From contig CBDCCN010000004.1 of NCBI GenBank assembly GCA_965214865.1, forward strand, positions 1,585,300 to 1,649,299: DNA of 64,000 bases. The letters run 5' to 3'. Positions 39,323 through 50,887 of the stretch are shown here, piece by piece (within the stretch, counting starts at the first letter, position 1; each line of letters begins with the position of its first letter). Made by a program: the position numbers and the translations under genes. The notes below the pieces were generated by a model. The model was not told the DNA's origin. It made no database searches and worked only from the letters and a program-made list of their open reading frames with translations. The stretch is from Vicinamibacterales bacterium. GTDB lineage: Bacteria > Acidobacteriota > Vicinamibacteria > Vicinamibacterales > UBA8438.

Positions 39323-39664
39323 ATGGACATGGAAGTCGCGGAAGAACGGAACGACGACGTGCTGGTGCTGTCGCCGGTCGGACGTCTGGACAGCGGGAAT
39401 GCGCGCTCGTTCGAGGCCGTTGTCATGGAGCACGTGAGCGGCGGGGAGCGGCGCCTGATCGTCGACTTCAGCCGTCTCGATTTCATCAGCAGCTCCGGCA
39501 TGCGGGTGCTCCTGATCGCCGCCAAGGCGCTGCAGGCGGGCGAGGGGACGCTCATCCTGTGCGCCATGAAGAACCACATCGAGGAAGTCTTCCGGATCAG
39601 CGGCTTCGACCGGATCATCCCGATCAGGGACTCTCGCGAAGCGGCCCTCGCCGAGTCGGCCTGA
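39323..39664 (+). CDS. STAS-domain anti-sigma-factor antagonist (RsbV/SpoIIAA-like)
   Basis: 113 aa. LSPVGRLDSGNARSFE is followed by the phosphorylatable-Ser motif region DFSRLDFISSSGMRVLL. It starts 27 nt after the kinase gene. Confidence 0.85.
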   Translation: MDMEVAEERNDDVLVLSPVGRLDSGNARSFEAVVMEHVSGGERRLIVDFSRLDFISSSGMRVLLIAAKALQAGEGTLILCAMKNHIEEVFRISGFDRIIPIRDSREAALAESA

Positions 39665-39683
39665 CGGCATCCGCTGGTGCCGG

Positions 39684-39836
39684 GCGCGTCGCGGTCGCCA
39701 GCTCGGAGGCGGCGCCGTTCGCGAGGACGGGCGGCCTGGCGGACATGGTCGGCCCGCCGGGGCCGCGCTTGCCCGCCGGGGCGTCGACGCGACGCTGGTC
39801 CTGCCGGCGTATCGCTGCATCCCCGGCCGCGACACA
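39684..39836 (+). pseudogene. decayed duplicate of the first ~50 codons of glgA (glycogen synthase 5' remnant)
   Basis: Roughly 80-85% nucleotide identity by eye to glgA 47988-48145. It translates RVAVASSEAAPFARTGGLADMVG, compared with RVAIVSSEAAPFAKTGGLADMVG in glgA, and then loses frame through single-base indels. It has no start codon and nothing downstream continues glgA. Confidence 0.7.
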
Positions 39837-39927
39837 ACGCCGGGAGCCCGAGACGAAAGCGGCGGCGCGAACAGTCAGCGAACCTGCGCGGACGGGAGCG
39901 CACCGGCCGGTACCGCGATGACCCGCC

Positions 39928-42138
<2,211 letters not shown>

Positions 42139-42190
42139 AGAGAGCTCCGCGGACGGGCTGCCAGGGCTGCCGGGCTGCTAGGCTCGACGC

Positions 42191-44383
42191 GTGGCGGATG
42201 GTGAGCGGCCGACGTTGCAGCGGCTGGCGCGGCTCCATGGGGTGCAGACGACGTACCGCGACGGATGCGGCCTGTGGCGCCGCGCCCCGCCGGATGCCGT
42301 CCGCGCCATCCTGCGGGCGCTGGGCGCGCCGCTCGGCGCGGCCCGCCCCGCCGATCTGCGTACCGCGACGGCGGCGCGGATCCGCGCGCTGTGGACCCGC
42401 CCGGTCGAGCCGGTGCTGGTCGCCTGGGGCGGGCGGCGCGCCGACTTTCTGCTGCGGATGCAGGAGACGCCCCGCCGGATCCTCGCGCGCTGCCGCCTGC
42501 GCCTGGAGGACGGGCGGACGCGCTCCTGGACGGTCAGGTCCGGCGACGCGCCGGCCGTCGGTTCGGCGGTCGTCGACGGGATGCGGTACGTTTCCAGGCG
42601 CCTGGCGCTTCCCGATCGGCTGCCCGACGGTTATCACGATCTGCTCGTTGACGCCGCTGATCGTGCCTGGCGAGCCCTGGTGGTCGCGGCGCCGGTGCGG
42701 GCCTACGACGACGGCGAACGCGCATGGGGCGCTTTTCTCCCGCTCCACGCGCTGCACTCGGCCGGCAGTTGGGGCGTCGGCGACTTCACGGACCTGGATG
42801 CGCTGGCCAGGTGGATCGGCTCGCGGGGAGGGCGGACATTCGCCCTGCTCCCGGCCCTGGCCGCCTTCCTTGGCGAGTGTCCGTTCGAGCCGAGTCCGTA
42901 TCTGCCCGTGAGCCGGCTGTTCTGGAACGAGCTCCACGTCGACCCGCGGCGGCTGCCGGAGTTCGAGCGGTGCAGCGCAGCGCAACGCCTGGTGGCGTCA
43001 CCGGCTTTTCGACGGCGGGTCGATGCGCTGCGGACCGAGTCCCTCGTCGACTATCGAGCGGTGACGGCGCTCCGGCGGCGGGTGATCGAGCTGCTGGCCC
43101 GCTCGCTCGATGAACGCCCCGATCAACGCCGGAAGGAGTTCCGGACCTGGGTGCAGCAGCATCCCGTTGCCCGGGAGTACGCGGCCTTCCGCGCGATCTG
43201 CGAGCGGCTGGGGCGACCCTGGCCGGCGTGGCCGGCGGCCATGCCGCCCGCTGACATTCACGTGGAGTCGGCCGATCGAGACGCGATCCGCTACCACCTC
43301 TACGCGCAGTGGGCGGCGGCCCGGCAGATCGCGCAGCTCGCGGCCGGCGCCGGCGCGGGGGGCGCCGGCCTCTTTCTCGACGTTCCGGTCGGCGTGCATC
43401 CCGACGGGTTCGACGTCTGGCGCCGTCCCGCGCTGTTCGCCCGCGGGGCCGCGCTCGGCGCCCCGCCGGACCCGCTCTTCGCCGGCGGGCAGGACTGGAG
43501 CGCGCCGCCGCTGCAGCCGGAGGCCGCGCGGCGGGATGCCCATGCGTACTTCCGGGCGGGTCTCGCGCACCAGATGGCGCCCGCGACCGCGGTGCGGCTC
43601 GACCACGTGATGGGCCTCCATCGCCTGTTCTGGATCCCGCGCGGCGGCGCGGCGGCGGACGGCGTCTACGTCCACTATCCGGCCGACGAACTCTACGCGA
43701 TCGTCTGCCTGGAATCGCACCGGCACCGGACGCGGGTGGTGGGGGAGAATCTCGGGACGGTGCCCCGCTACGTGAACGCGGCGCTGTCGCGTCACGGGCT
43801 GGCTCGGCTCCACGTTGCGCAGTTCGGGATCACGCCGGGCACCGCGGATCCGCTCGCCCGCGTCCCCAGGCGGGCGTTCGCCTGCCTGAACACCCACGAC
43901 ACCGCGACGTTCGCGGGCTTCGTTGCGGGCCGGGACATCGACGAGCGCGTCGAGCGCGGCGTCCTCCGAGCCGGGCGCGCCGGGCAGGAGCATCGCCGCC
44001 GCCGGGAGGCGGTGGCCGCATTGCGCCGCGCCCTGGGGCGCGGTTCCCACGGCGAACCGGACGAGCACGCGGATCGGACGCCGGGGACAGGCGGCGCAGG
44101 AGCGGGCAGGGGCGGCTCCCCGGTGGAGAATCCGCCGCCTCGGGAGGCCGCGGATACGGATCTCCTGTTGGCGTGCCTCGAGCACCTCGCGCGCAGCGCC
44201 GCGAGCACCGTGATCGTCAACCTCGAGGATCTGTGGCTCGAGCCGCGCCCGCAGAACGTCCCCGGCACCGGACCCGGAGAGCATCCCAACTGGCGGCGCC
44301 GGGCGCGCCACGGGCTGGAGGCGCTCGTGCAGATCCCGGAGGTGGCGGCGGCGCTCGGCATTCTCGCGCGCCACCGTCCCTGA
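42191..44383 (+). CDS. malQ: 4-alpha-glucanotransferase (amylomaltase, GH77) with N-terminal extension
   Basis: The N-terminal MalQ_N-like segment reads LQRLARLHGVQTTYRD. The core carries WGAFLPLHALHSAGSWGVGDFTDL, PYLPVSRLFWNELHVD, VRLDHVMGLHRLFWIP and ENLGTVP. GTG start. Confidence 0.9.
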   Translation: MADGERPTLQRLARLHGVQTTYRDGCGLWRRAPPDAVRAILRALGAPLGAARPADLRTATAARIRALWTRPVEPVLVAWGGRRADFLLRMQETPRRILARCRLRLEDGRTRSWTVRSGDAPAVGSAVVDGMRYVSRRLALPDRLPDGYHDLLVDAADRAWRALVVAAPVRAYDDGERAWGAFLPLHALHSAGSWGVGDFTDLDALARWIGSRGGRTFALLPALAAFLGECPFEPSPYLPVSRLFWNELHVDPRRLPEFERCSAAQRLVASPAFRRRVDALRTESLVDYRAVTALRRRVIELLARSLDERPDQRRKEFRTWVQQHPVAREYAAFRAICERLGRPWPAWPAAMPPADIHVESADRDAIRYHLYAQWAAARQIAQLAAGAGAGGAGLFLDVPVGVHPDGFDVWRRPALFARGAALGAPPDPLFAGGQDWSAPPLQPEAARRDAHAYFRAGLAHQMAPATAVRLDHVMGLHRLFWIPRGGAAADGVYVHYPADELYAIVCLESHRHRTRVVGENLGTVPRYVNAALSRHGLARLHVAQFGITPGTADPLARVPRRAFACLNTHDTATFAGFVAGRDIDERVERGVLRAGRAGQEHRRRREAVAALRRALGRGSHGEPDEHADRTPGTGGAGAGRGGSPVENPPPREAADTDLLLACLEHLARSAASTVIVNLEDLWLEPRPQNVPGTGPGEHPNWRRRARHGLEALVQIPEVAAALGILARHRP

Positions 44384-44395
44384 CCGACCGGCGCA

Positions 44396-45406
44396 TCAGC
44401 TCGCGGCGGCTTCCGGAACGGCGTCGGCGCCCGCCGGCGCCGCCGGCCGGAGGTCACGCCGCCGCCCCGGCTCCGTGTCCAGGAGCCGGAGGCTGAAGGC
44501 GGGCTGCCTGCCGATCGCCAGCAGGGATTCGACGATGCGCAGAGGATGTCCCCAGTCGTTCCACAGGACGTCGTCGAGCGACTGCATCGCGATGCGGTCG
44601 GACGCGCGTTCGAGCAGCTCGGAGGAGAAATTGACCCGCGGCATGGTCTCGTACACCTCGTCGAGCACCTCCCGCTCCTGCGGCGTGCCGATGGCCGCCT
44701 GCAGCACCGCGAAGAAGGGAATCAGGCCCGGAAGCCGGTCGCAGGCGAGCTCCCACAGTGCGCGGGCGCGCGCCACCATGACCAGGGTGTTCCACAGGGC
44801 GCCGCGCTCGTAGAGCCGCGCCGCTTCCGGCGGCGCGGGCTTCTCGACGAAGGACTCCACGGCGGACACGCGGTGCGCCGGCTGGCGTCCGAGGTCGTCG
44901 GACGGAACGATCCAGCCGTACTCGTCCTCGACGTCGGTCGGCGCCGCTCCCAGCAGGAGGATCCGGTCGTCGAGACGCTCCGCCGCCTGAATCGCCGCCT
45001 GCAGCTTCGCCACGAAACGCCACTCCGGGTACACGAAGTGGTCCGACGGCAGGACGACCACGGTGGCGTCGGGGTCCCGGTGCATGGCATGGATCAGTCC
45101 GAGCAGCACGCCGGGCGCCGTGTCGAGATTGGCCGGCTGCTCGATGAACGTCCCGTCCGTCGCGCGCGGCGCGCGGGAGCGGAGCACGTCCCGGTGGTGG
45201 CGGCCGACCACCGTCAGGATGCGGCTCGGGTCGCACACGCCCGCGGCCCGATCGAGGGTGTGGTCGAGCATCGACCGCGTCCCCGCGAACGTGCAGTACT
45301 GCTTCGGAACGTGCCGGCCGAGCCAGCGCTCGGTCAGCGGCCGCAGACGCATGCCGTCGCCGCCGGCCAGCACGACCGCCATCGGTTGCGCCGTTGGCGT
45401 CTTCAT
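44396..45406 (-). CDS. sugar-phosphate nucleotidyltransferase, mannose-1-phosphate guanylyltransferase-like (no cupin/isomerase domain)
   Basis: The internal ATG at 45406 is preceded by GGAGAGAG. VVLAGGDGMRLRPLT...PKQYC is the GMP/ManC-type NTP_transferase motif rather than the GlgC type. 336 aa. Confidence 0.75.
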   Translation of the reverse strand: MKTPTAQPMAVVLAGGDGMRLRPLTERWLGRHVPKQYCTFAGTRSMLDHTLDRAAGVCDPSRILTVVGRHHRDVLRSRAPRATDGTFIEQPANLDTAPGVLLGLIHAMHRDPDATVVVLPSDHFVYPEWRFVAKLQAAIQAAERLDDRILLLGAAPTDVEDEYGWIVPSDDLGRQPAHRVSAVESFVEKPAPPEAARLYERGALWNTLVMVARARALWELACDRLPGLIPFFAVLQAAIGTPQEREVLDEVYETMPRVNFSSELLERASDRIAMQSLDDVLWNDWGHPLRIVESLLAIGRQPAFSLRLLDTEPGRRRDLRPAAPAGADAVPEAAAS

Positions 45407-45445
45407 TTTGCTCTCTCCTCGACCACGGCGGGAAACGCGGAATCC

Positions 45446-45460
45446 GAACCGGTCCGGTTC
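45446..45460. promoter_or_regulatory. perfect 15-bp palindrome in the leader of the nucleotidyltransferase gene (candidate operator)
   Basis: GAACCGG-T-CCGGTTC lies 40-54 nt upstream of the ATG at 45406, inside a 403-bp non-coding spacer. Confidence 0.25.
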
Positions 45461-45809
45461 AAGGCTACCGCCGCGGTGTTTCCGATTCGTGTCGGGCGCG
45501 TTCCGTTCCTGTCCATCTCGAACCGATGCGGAGCGGCGGACGGCGGCCGAACGACAGTGCTTGCAAGCAAGAACCGCGCCGCTGCCCGGAACGGGCTGTC
45601 CCGCGGACCGGAACGTCCACCTTGTCAAGCAGATACGGTCCGTCGCGCCGGGCTGCCGGGCTCGCGCGCCGCGTACGGCAACCACGACAATGTCGCCGCA
45701 CGGCACTGCTGCGACATTTCTGTGCGTAACCGTCACCCGGGGAACGCACGAAACTGCGGAGCCGACCGATCCTGGTACTGTCCGGGAAGGAACGCCTGAG
45801 GGTCCGTCG

Positions 45810-47711
45810 TCAGTCCGACTTCAAGAATAGCACACCGAGCGGCGGCAGCGTCAGGCGCAGGGAGAACGGGCGTCCGTGCGACGGCGCCGCCTCGGCGACG
45901 ACGCCTCCGAGATTGCCGCAACCGCCGCCGCCGTAGCAGGCGCCGTCGCTGTTGAGCCGTTCGAGCCATGCGCCGCCGTGCGGGACGCCGATCCGGTAGT
46001 CGAGCCGCGTGACCGGCGTGAAGTTGCAGACGACGGCGACCGGCCGCCCGCGGCGCCCGCGGCGGAGGAAGCTCAGCACGCTGCCGGTGCGGTCGTCGCA
46101 CTCGATCCACTCGAAGCCGGACGGATCCGCGTCCAGCTCGTGCAGGGCCGGCTCGGCGCGCTGGAACCGATGCAGGTCGCGCACCCAGGCGCGCAGACCG
46201 CCGTGGAGCGGTCTCTCCAGCAAATGCCAGTCGAGGCTCTCGGCATGCGCCCATTCCCGTTCCTGCGCGAACTCGCCGCCCATGAAGAGGAGCTGCTTGC
46301 CGGGGTGGCCGACCGTGTAGCCGCAGAGCAGACGCAGATTGGCGTGCCGCTGCCACTCGTCGCCCGGCATGCGGGCCAGCAGCGAGCCCTTTCCGTGAAC
46401 GACCTCGTCGTGCGAGAGCGGCAGGATGAAGTTCTCGCTGAAGGCATAGACCAAGCCGAAAGTGAGCGCGTCGTGGTGGTGGCCGCGGTGGACGGGGTCC
46501 CGCGACATGTACCGCAACGTGTCGTTCATCCAGCCCATGTTCCACTTGAAACCGAATCCGAGCCCGCTGGCGTCGGTCGGTCGGGTCACCCGCGGCCAGG
46601 CGGTCGATTCCTCGGCCACCATCATGACGCCGGGGTGCTCCGCGTGGACGCGCTGATTCAGGCGCCGCAGGAAGTCCACGGCGTCCAGGTTCTCGTTCCC
46701 GCCGTGCACGTTCGGGACCCACTCCCCGGCCTCGCGCCCGTAGTCGAGGTAGAGCATCGACGAGACGGCGTCGACGCGCAGGCCGTCGAGGTGGTACTTC
46801 CCGAGCCAGAAGAGCGCGCTTGCGATAAGGAAGTTGCCGACCTCGCGGCGGCCGTAGTTGAAGATCAGCGAGCCCCAGTGCGGGTGCTCGGCCTGCTGCG
46901 CGTCCGCGTGCTCGTAGAGGCAGGTGCCGTCGAAGCGGGCCAGGCCGTGGTCATCCTTCGGAAAGTGCGCGGCGGACCAGTCGACGAGGACGCCGATGCC
47001 CCGCCGGTGCAGCGTATCGACCAGTCCCATGAACTCCTGCGGCGCCCCGAAGCGGCTCGTCGGCGCGAAGTAGCCGAGCGTTCCGTAGCCCCACGACTCG
47101 TCCAGCGGATGCTCGGCGATCGGCAGCAGCTCGACGTGCGTGAAACCGAGGTCGGCCACGTGGTCGGCCAGCCGGCCGGCAAGGTCGCGGTAGGTCAGCC
47201 AGCCGCCCCGGCCCGGCGCCCGCATCCAGGAGCCGAGATGCACCTCGTAGATGGAGATGGGGGCGTCGTGCGCGTTGCGAGCCGCGCGCGCCGTCATCCA
47301 GTCGGCGTCGCCCCATTCGTAACCCGCCAGCTCCCAGACCTTCGACGCGGTCCCGGGCCGGAGCTCGGCCGCGAACGCGTAGGGATCGGCCTTCTCGACG
47401 GCGGCGCCGCGGTCCTTCGGCGTGACGAGGTACTTGTACAGCGCGCCGCTGTCGACCCCCGCAACGAACGTCTCCCAGACCCCCGCCTCCGGCCGAAGCT
47501 GCAGCGGGTGGGCCGCCGCGTCCCAGCCGTTGAAGTCGCCGACGACGGCCACGCGGCGCGCGTTGGGCGCCCACACCGCGAAGTGCGCGCCGCCGTCGCC
47601 GTCGTGTTGCGTGAGGTGGGCGCCGAGCTTGTCGTAGCTCCGGTAGTGGGTTCCCTCGGCCAGCAGGTGCAGGTCGTAGTCGGTCAGGAACGGCGCCGCG
47701 GCTCCATGCAC
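45810..47711 (-). CDS. glgB: 1,4-alpha-glucan branching enzyme GlgB
   Basis: [59 protein letters not shown] and [11 protein letters not shown] are the GH13_9 signatures. GTG start. Confidence 0.95.
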   Translation of the reverse strand: MHGAAAPFLTDYDLHLLAEGTHYRSYDKLGAHLTQHDGDGGAHFAVWAPNARRVAVVGDFNGWDAAAHPLQLRPEAGVWETFVAGVDSGALYKYLVTPKDRGAAVEKADPYAFAAELRPGTASKVWELAGYEWGDADWMTARAARNAHDAPISIYEVHLGSWMRAPGRGGWLTYRDLAGRLADHVADLGFTHVELLPIAEHPLDESWGYGTLGYFAPTSRFGAPQEFMGLVDTLHRRGIGVLVDWSAAHFPKDDHGLARFDGTCLYEHADAQQAEHPHWGSLIFNYGRREVGNFLIASALFWLGKYHLDGLRVDAVSSMLYLDYGREAGEWVPNVHGGNENLDAVDFLRRLNQRVHAEHPGVMMVAEESTAWPRVTRPTDASGLGFGFKWNMGWMNDTLRYMSRDPVHRGHHHDALTFGLVYAFSENFILPLSHDEVVHGKGSLLARMPGDEWQRHANLRLLCGYTVGHPGKQLLFMGGEFAQEREWAHAESLDWHLLERPLHGGLRAWVRDLHRFQRAEPALHELDADPSGFEWIECDDRTGSVLSFLRRGRRGRPVAVVCNFTPVTRLDYRIGVPHGGAWLERLNSDGACYGGGGCGNLGGVVAEAAPSHGRPFSLRLTLPPLGVLFLKSD

Positions 47712-47981
47712 GGGTCAACCGCCGGCGGGCTCGCAGGGTGGGTCCGGGGCGCCGTCGGAGATTCCGGTCGTCATGGCGTGTGGTCGTCGGCGCGCCGGGA
47801 GCGGCCGCGGGACGTCGGCAGCCGATACTACTACGCACGGCGGACCCGTGTGCGCACGGCGAAGGCCGCGCTCGAGGCGACTCGCCGGGGCGCTGGGGAG
47901 GGCGCCGGCGGTCGTCCGCCACGAGCGACGGTTCCGCCGCGTTCGACACGACTCGTTACACTCTCGGTGCGAAGGAGGCTC

Positions 47982-49430
<1,449 letters not shown>

Positions 49431-49546
49431 TTCCCGCCGTCATCGGGTTTGGCATTCACGGTCGACATGTTGTTGAATGACCAGCCGCGGTGGGAAGAGC
49501 CGCGGATTGGGCGACGCGCAGACACGGGGCAGGGAGCGCTCCATCG

Positions 49547-50815
49547 ATGACGAACGGCTCGACCGCCATCCCGCACGACGGCGGCCACGCGCCCCGCTGG
49601 CGGACGCCGGCGCTGGTCATCGCCGCGGCGTGCGCGATCGCCATGCTCGGCTTCGGCGCGCGGTCGATCTTCGGGCTCTTTCTGGAGCCGATGACCACGG
49701 CGCGGGGCTGGGGCCGCGAGACGTTCGCACTGGCCCTGGCGATCCAGAACCTCCTGTGGGGCATGGCCCTGCCGTTCGCCGGCGCGCTCAGCGACCGCTT
49801 CGGGTCGCCGCGGGTGCTGGCGGCGGGGGCCGCGATCTACGCCGCCGGCATCTGGGGGATGACGACCGCCGAGAGCTCCGGCATGCTGCACTTGACGGCC
49901 GGCGTCCTGGTGGGCGTCGGGGTGGCGTTCACCGCATTCTCCATTGCGCTCGCGGCCATGGTGAAAGTGGTGGGCGCCGAGCGGCGCTCGCTGGCCCTGG
50001 GGCTGGGCACCGCGGCCGGATCGTCCGGGCAGGTCGTCTTCTCGCCGCTCGGCCAGGCGTTCATCTCCGCGTACGGGTGGCAGACGGCGCTGCTGTTCCT
50101 GGCCGCGTCGGCGCTCCTGATCGCGCCGCTGGCGTTCCTGCTGCCGGGATCGCCGGCCGTGCGGGGCGCGGCGCCGGCGTCCGAGCAGTCGCTGCCGGCC
50201 GCCCTCCGCGAGGCGTTCGGCCACCGCGGTTACGCGCTGCTGACCACCGGCTTCTTCGTCTGCGGCTTCCACGTCGCCTTCATCACGGTGCATTTCCCGG
50301 CCTACGTCCGCGACCTCGGCCTCTCGGCGTCGGTCGGGGCGGGGGCGATCGCGGTCATCGGCCTGTTCAACATCCTCGGCTCGTTCGCGTCCGGCGCGGC
50401 CGGCCAGCGCTGGAGCAAGAAATGCGGGCTGAGCACCATCTACGCGCTGCGCGCGGTGGCGATCACGGCGCTGCTGCTGCTGCCGAAGACGGCCGCCGTC
50501 ATCTACCTGTTCGCCGCCGTCATGGGGGTGCTGTGGCTCTCGACGGTGCCCCTGACGACCGGCATCGTCGGCCAGATCTTCGGCGTGCGCTACCTGGCCA
50601 CGCTGTTCGGGGTGGTCTTCCTCAGCCACCAGCTCGGCAGCTTCCTCGGCGTCTGGCTGGGCGGCCGGCTCTTCGACGCGACCGGTTCCTACGACGGCGT
50701 CTGGTGGGCCGGCGTCGCCCTGGGCCTCGCCGCCGCCGTGATTCACCTGCCGATCGACGAACGGCCGCTCGTCCGCCACGCCTCGATCACGCCGGCCGGC
50801 TCCGGAACCCACTGA
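49547..50815 (+). CDS. MFS transporter
   Basis: About 12 TM segments are predicted from hydrophobic stretches, with an MFS loop motif LSDRFGSPRV. ATG at 49547, with an alternative upstream start at 49490. Confidence 0.8.
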   Translation: MTNGSTAIPHDGGHAPRWRTPALVIAAACAIAMLGFGARSIFGLFLEPMTTARGWGRETFALALAIQNLLWGMALPFAGALSDRFGSPRVLAAGAAIYAAGIWGMTTAESSGMLHLTAGVLVGVGVAFTAFSIALAAMVKVVGAERRSLALGLGTAAGSSGQVVFSPLGQAFISAYGWQTALLFLAASALLIAPLAFLLPGSPAVRGAAPASEQSLPAALREAFGHRGYALLTTGFFVCGFHVAFITVHFPAYVRDLGLSASVGAGAIAVIGLFNILGSFASGAAGQRWSKKCGLSTIYALRAVAITALLLLPKTAAVIYLFAAVMGVLWLSTVPLTTGIVGQIFGVRYLATLFGVVFLSHQLGSFLGVWLGGRLFDATGSYDGVWWAGVALGLAAAVIHLPIDERPLVRHASITPAGSGTH

Positions 50816-50887
50816 CAGGAAGCCTGTAGTCCGGGTGATCGCGCGGCCCGGTCCCGGAGCGCCGGGGTCGCATCTCCTGCGGCCCCC

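Noticed and set aside
45876-47981. 700-codon N-terminal extension of the glgA ORF in the track (1184 aa in total)
   Set aside because: The extension is the antisense frame of glgB. The true glgA start is the ATG at 47982, which has a GAAGGAGG ribosome-binding site and the canonical MAVRVAIVSSE N-terminus.
47712-47981. Sigma70-type promoter calls in the glgB/glgA divergent spacer, and likewise in 38634-38866
   Set aside because: Hexamers resembling -35 and -10 elements (TCGACA, TACACT) are present. Their spacing of 8 nt is wrong, and the promoter consensus for this lineage is unknown. No promoter is reported.
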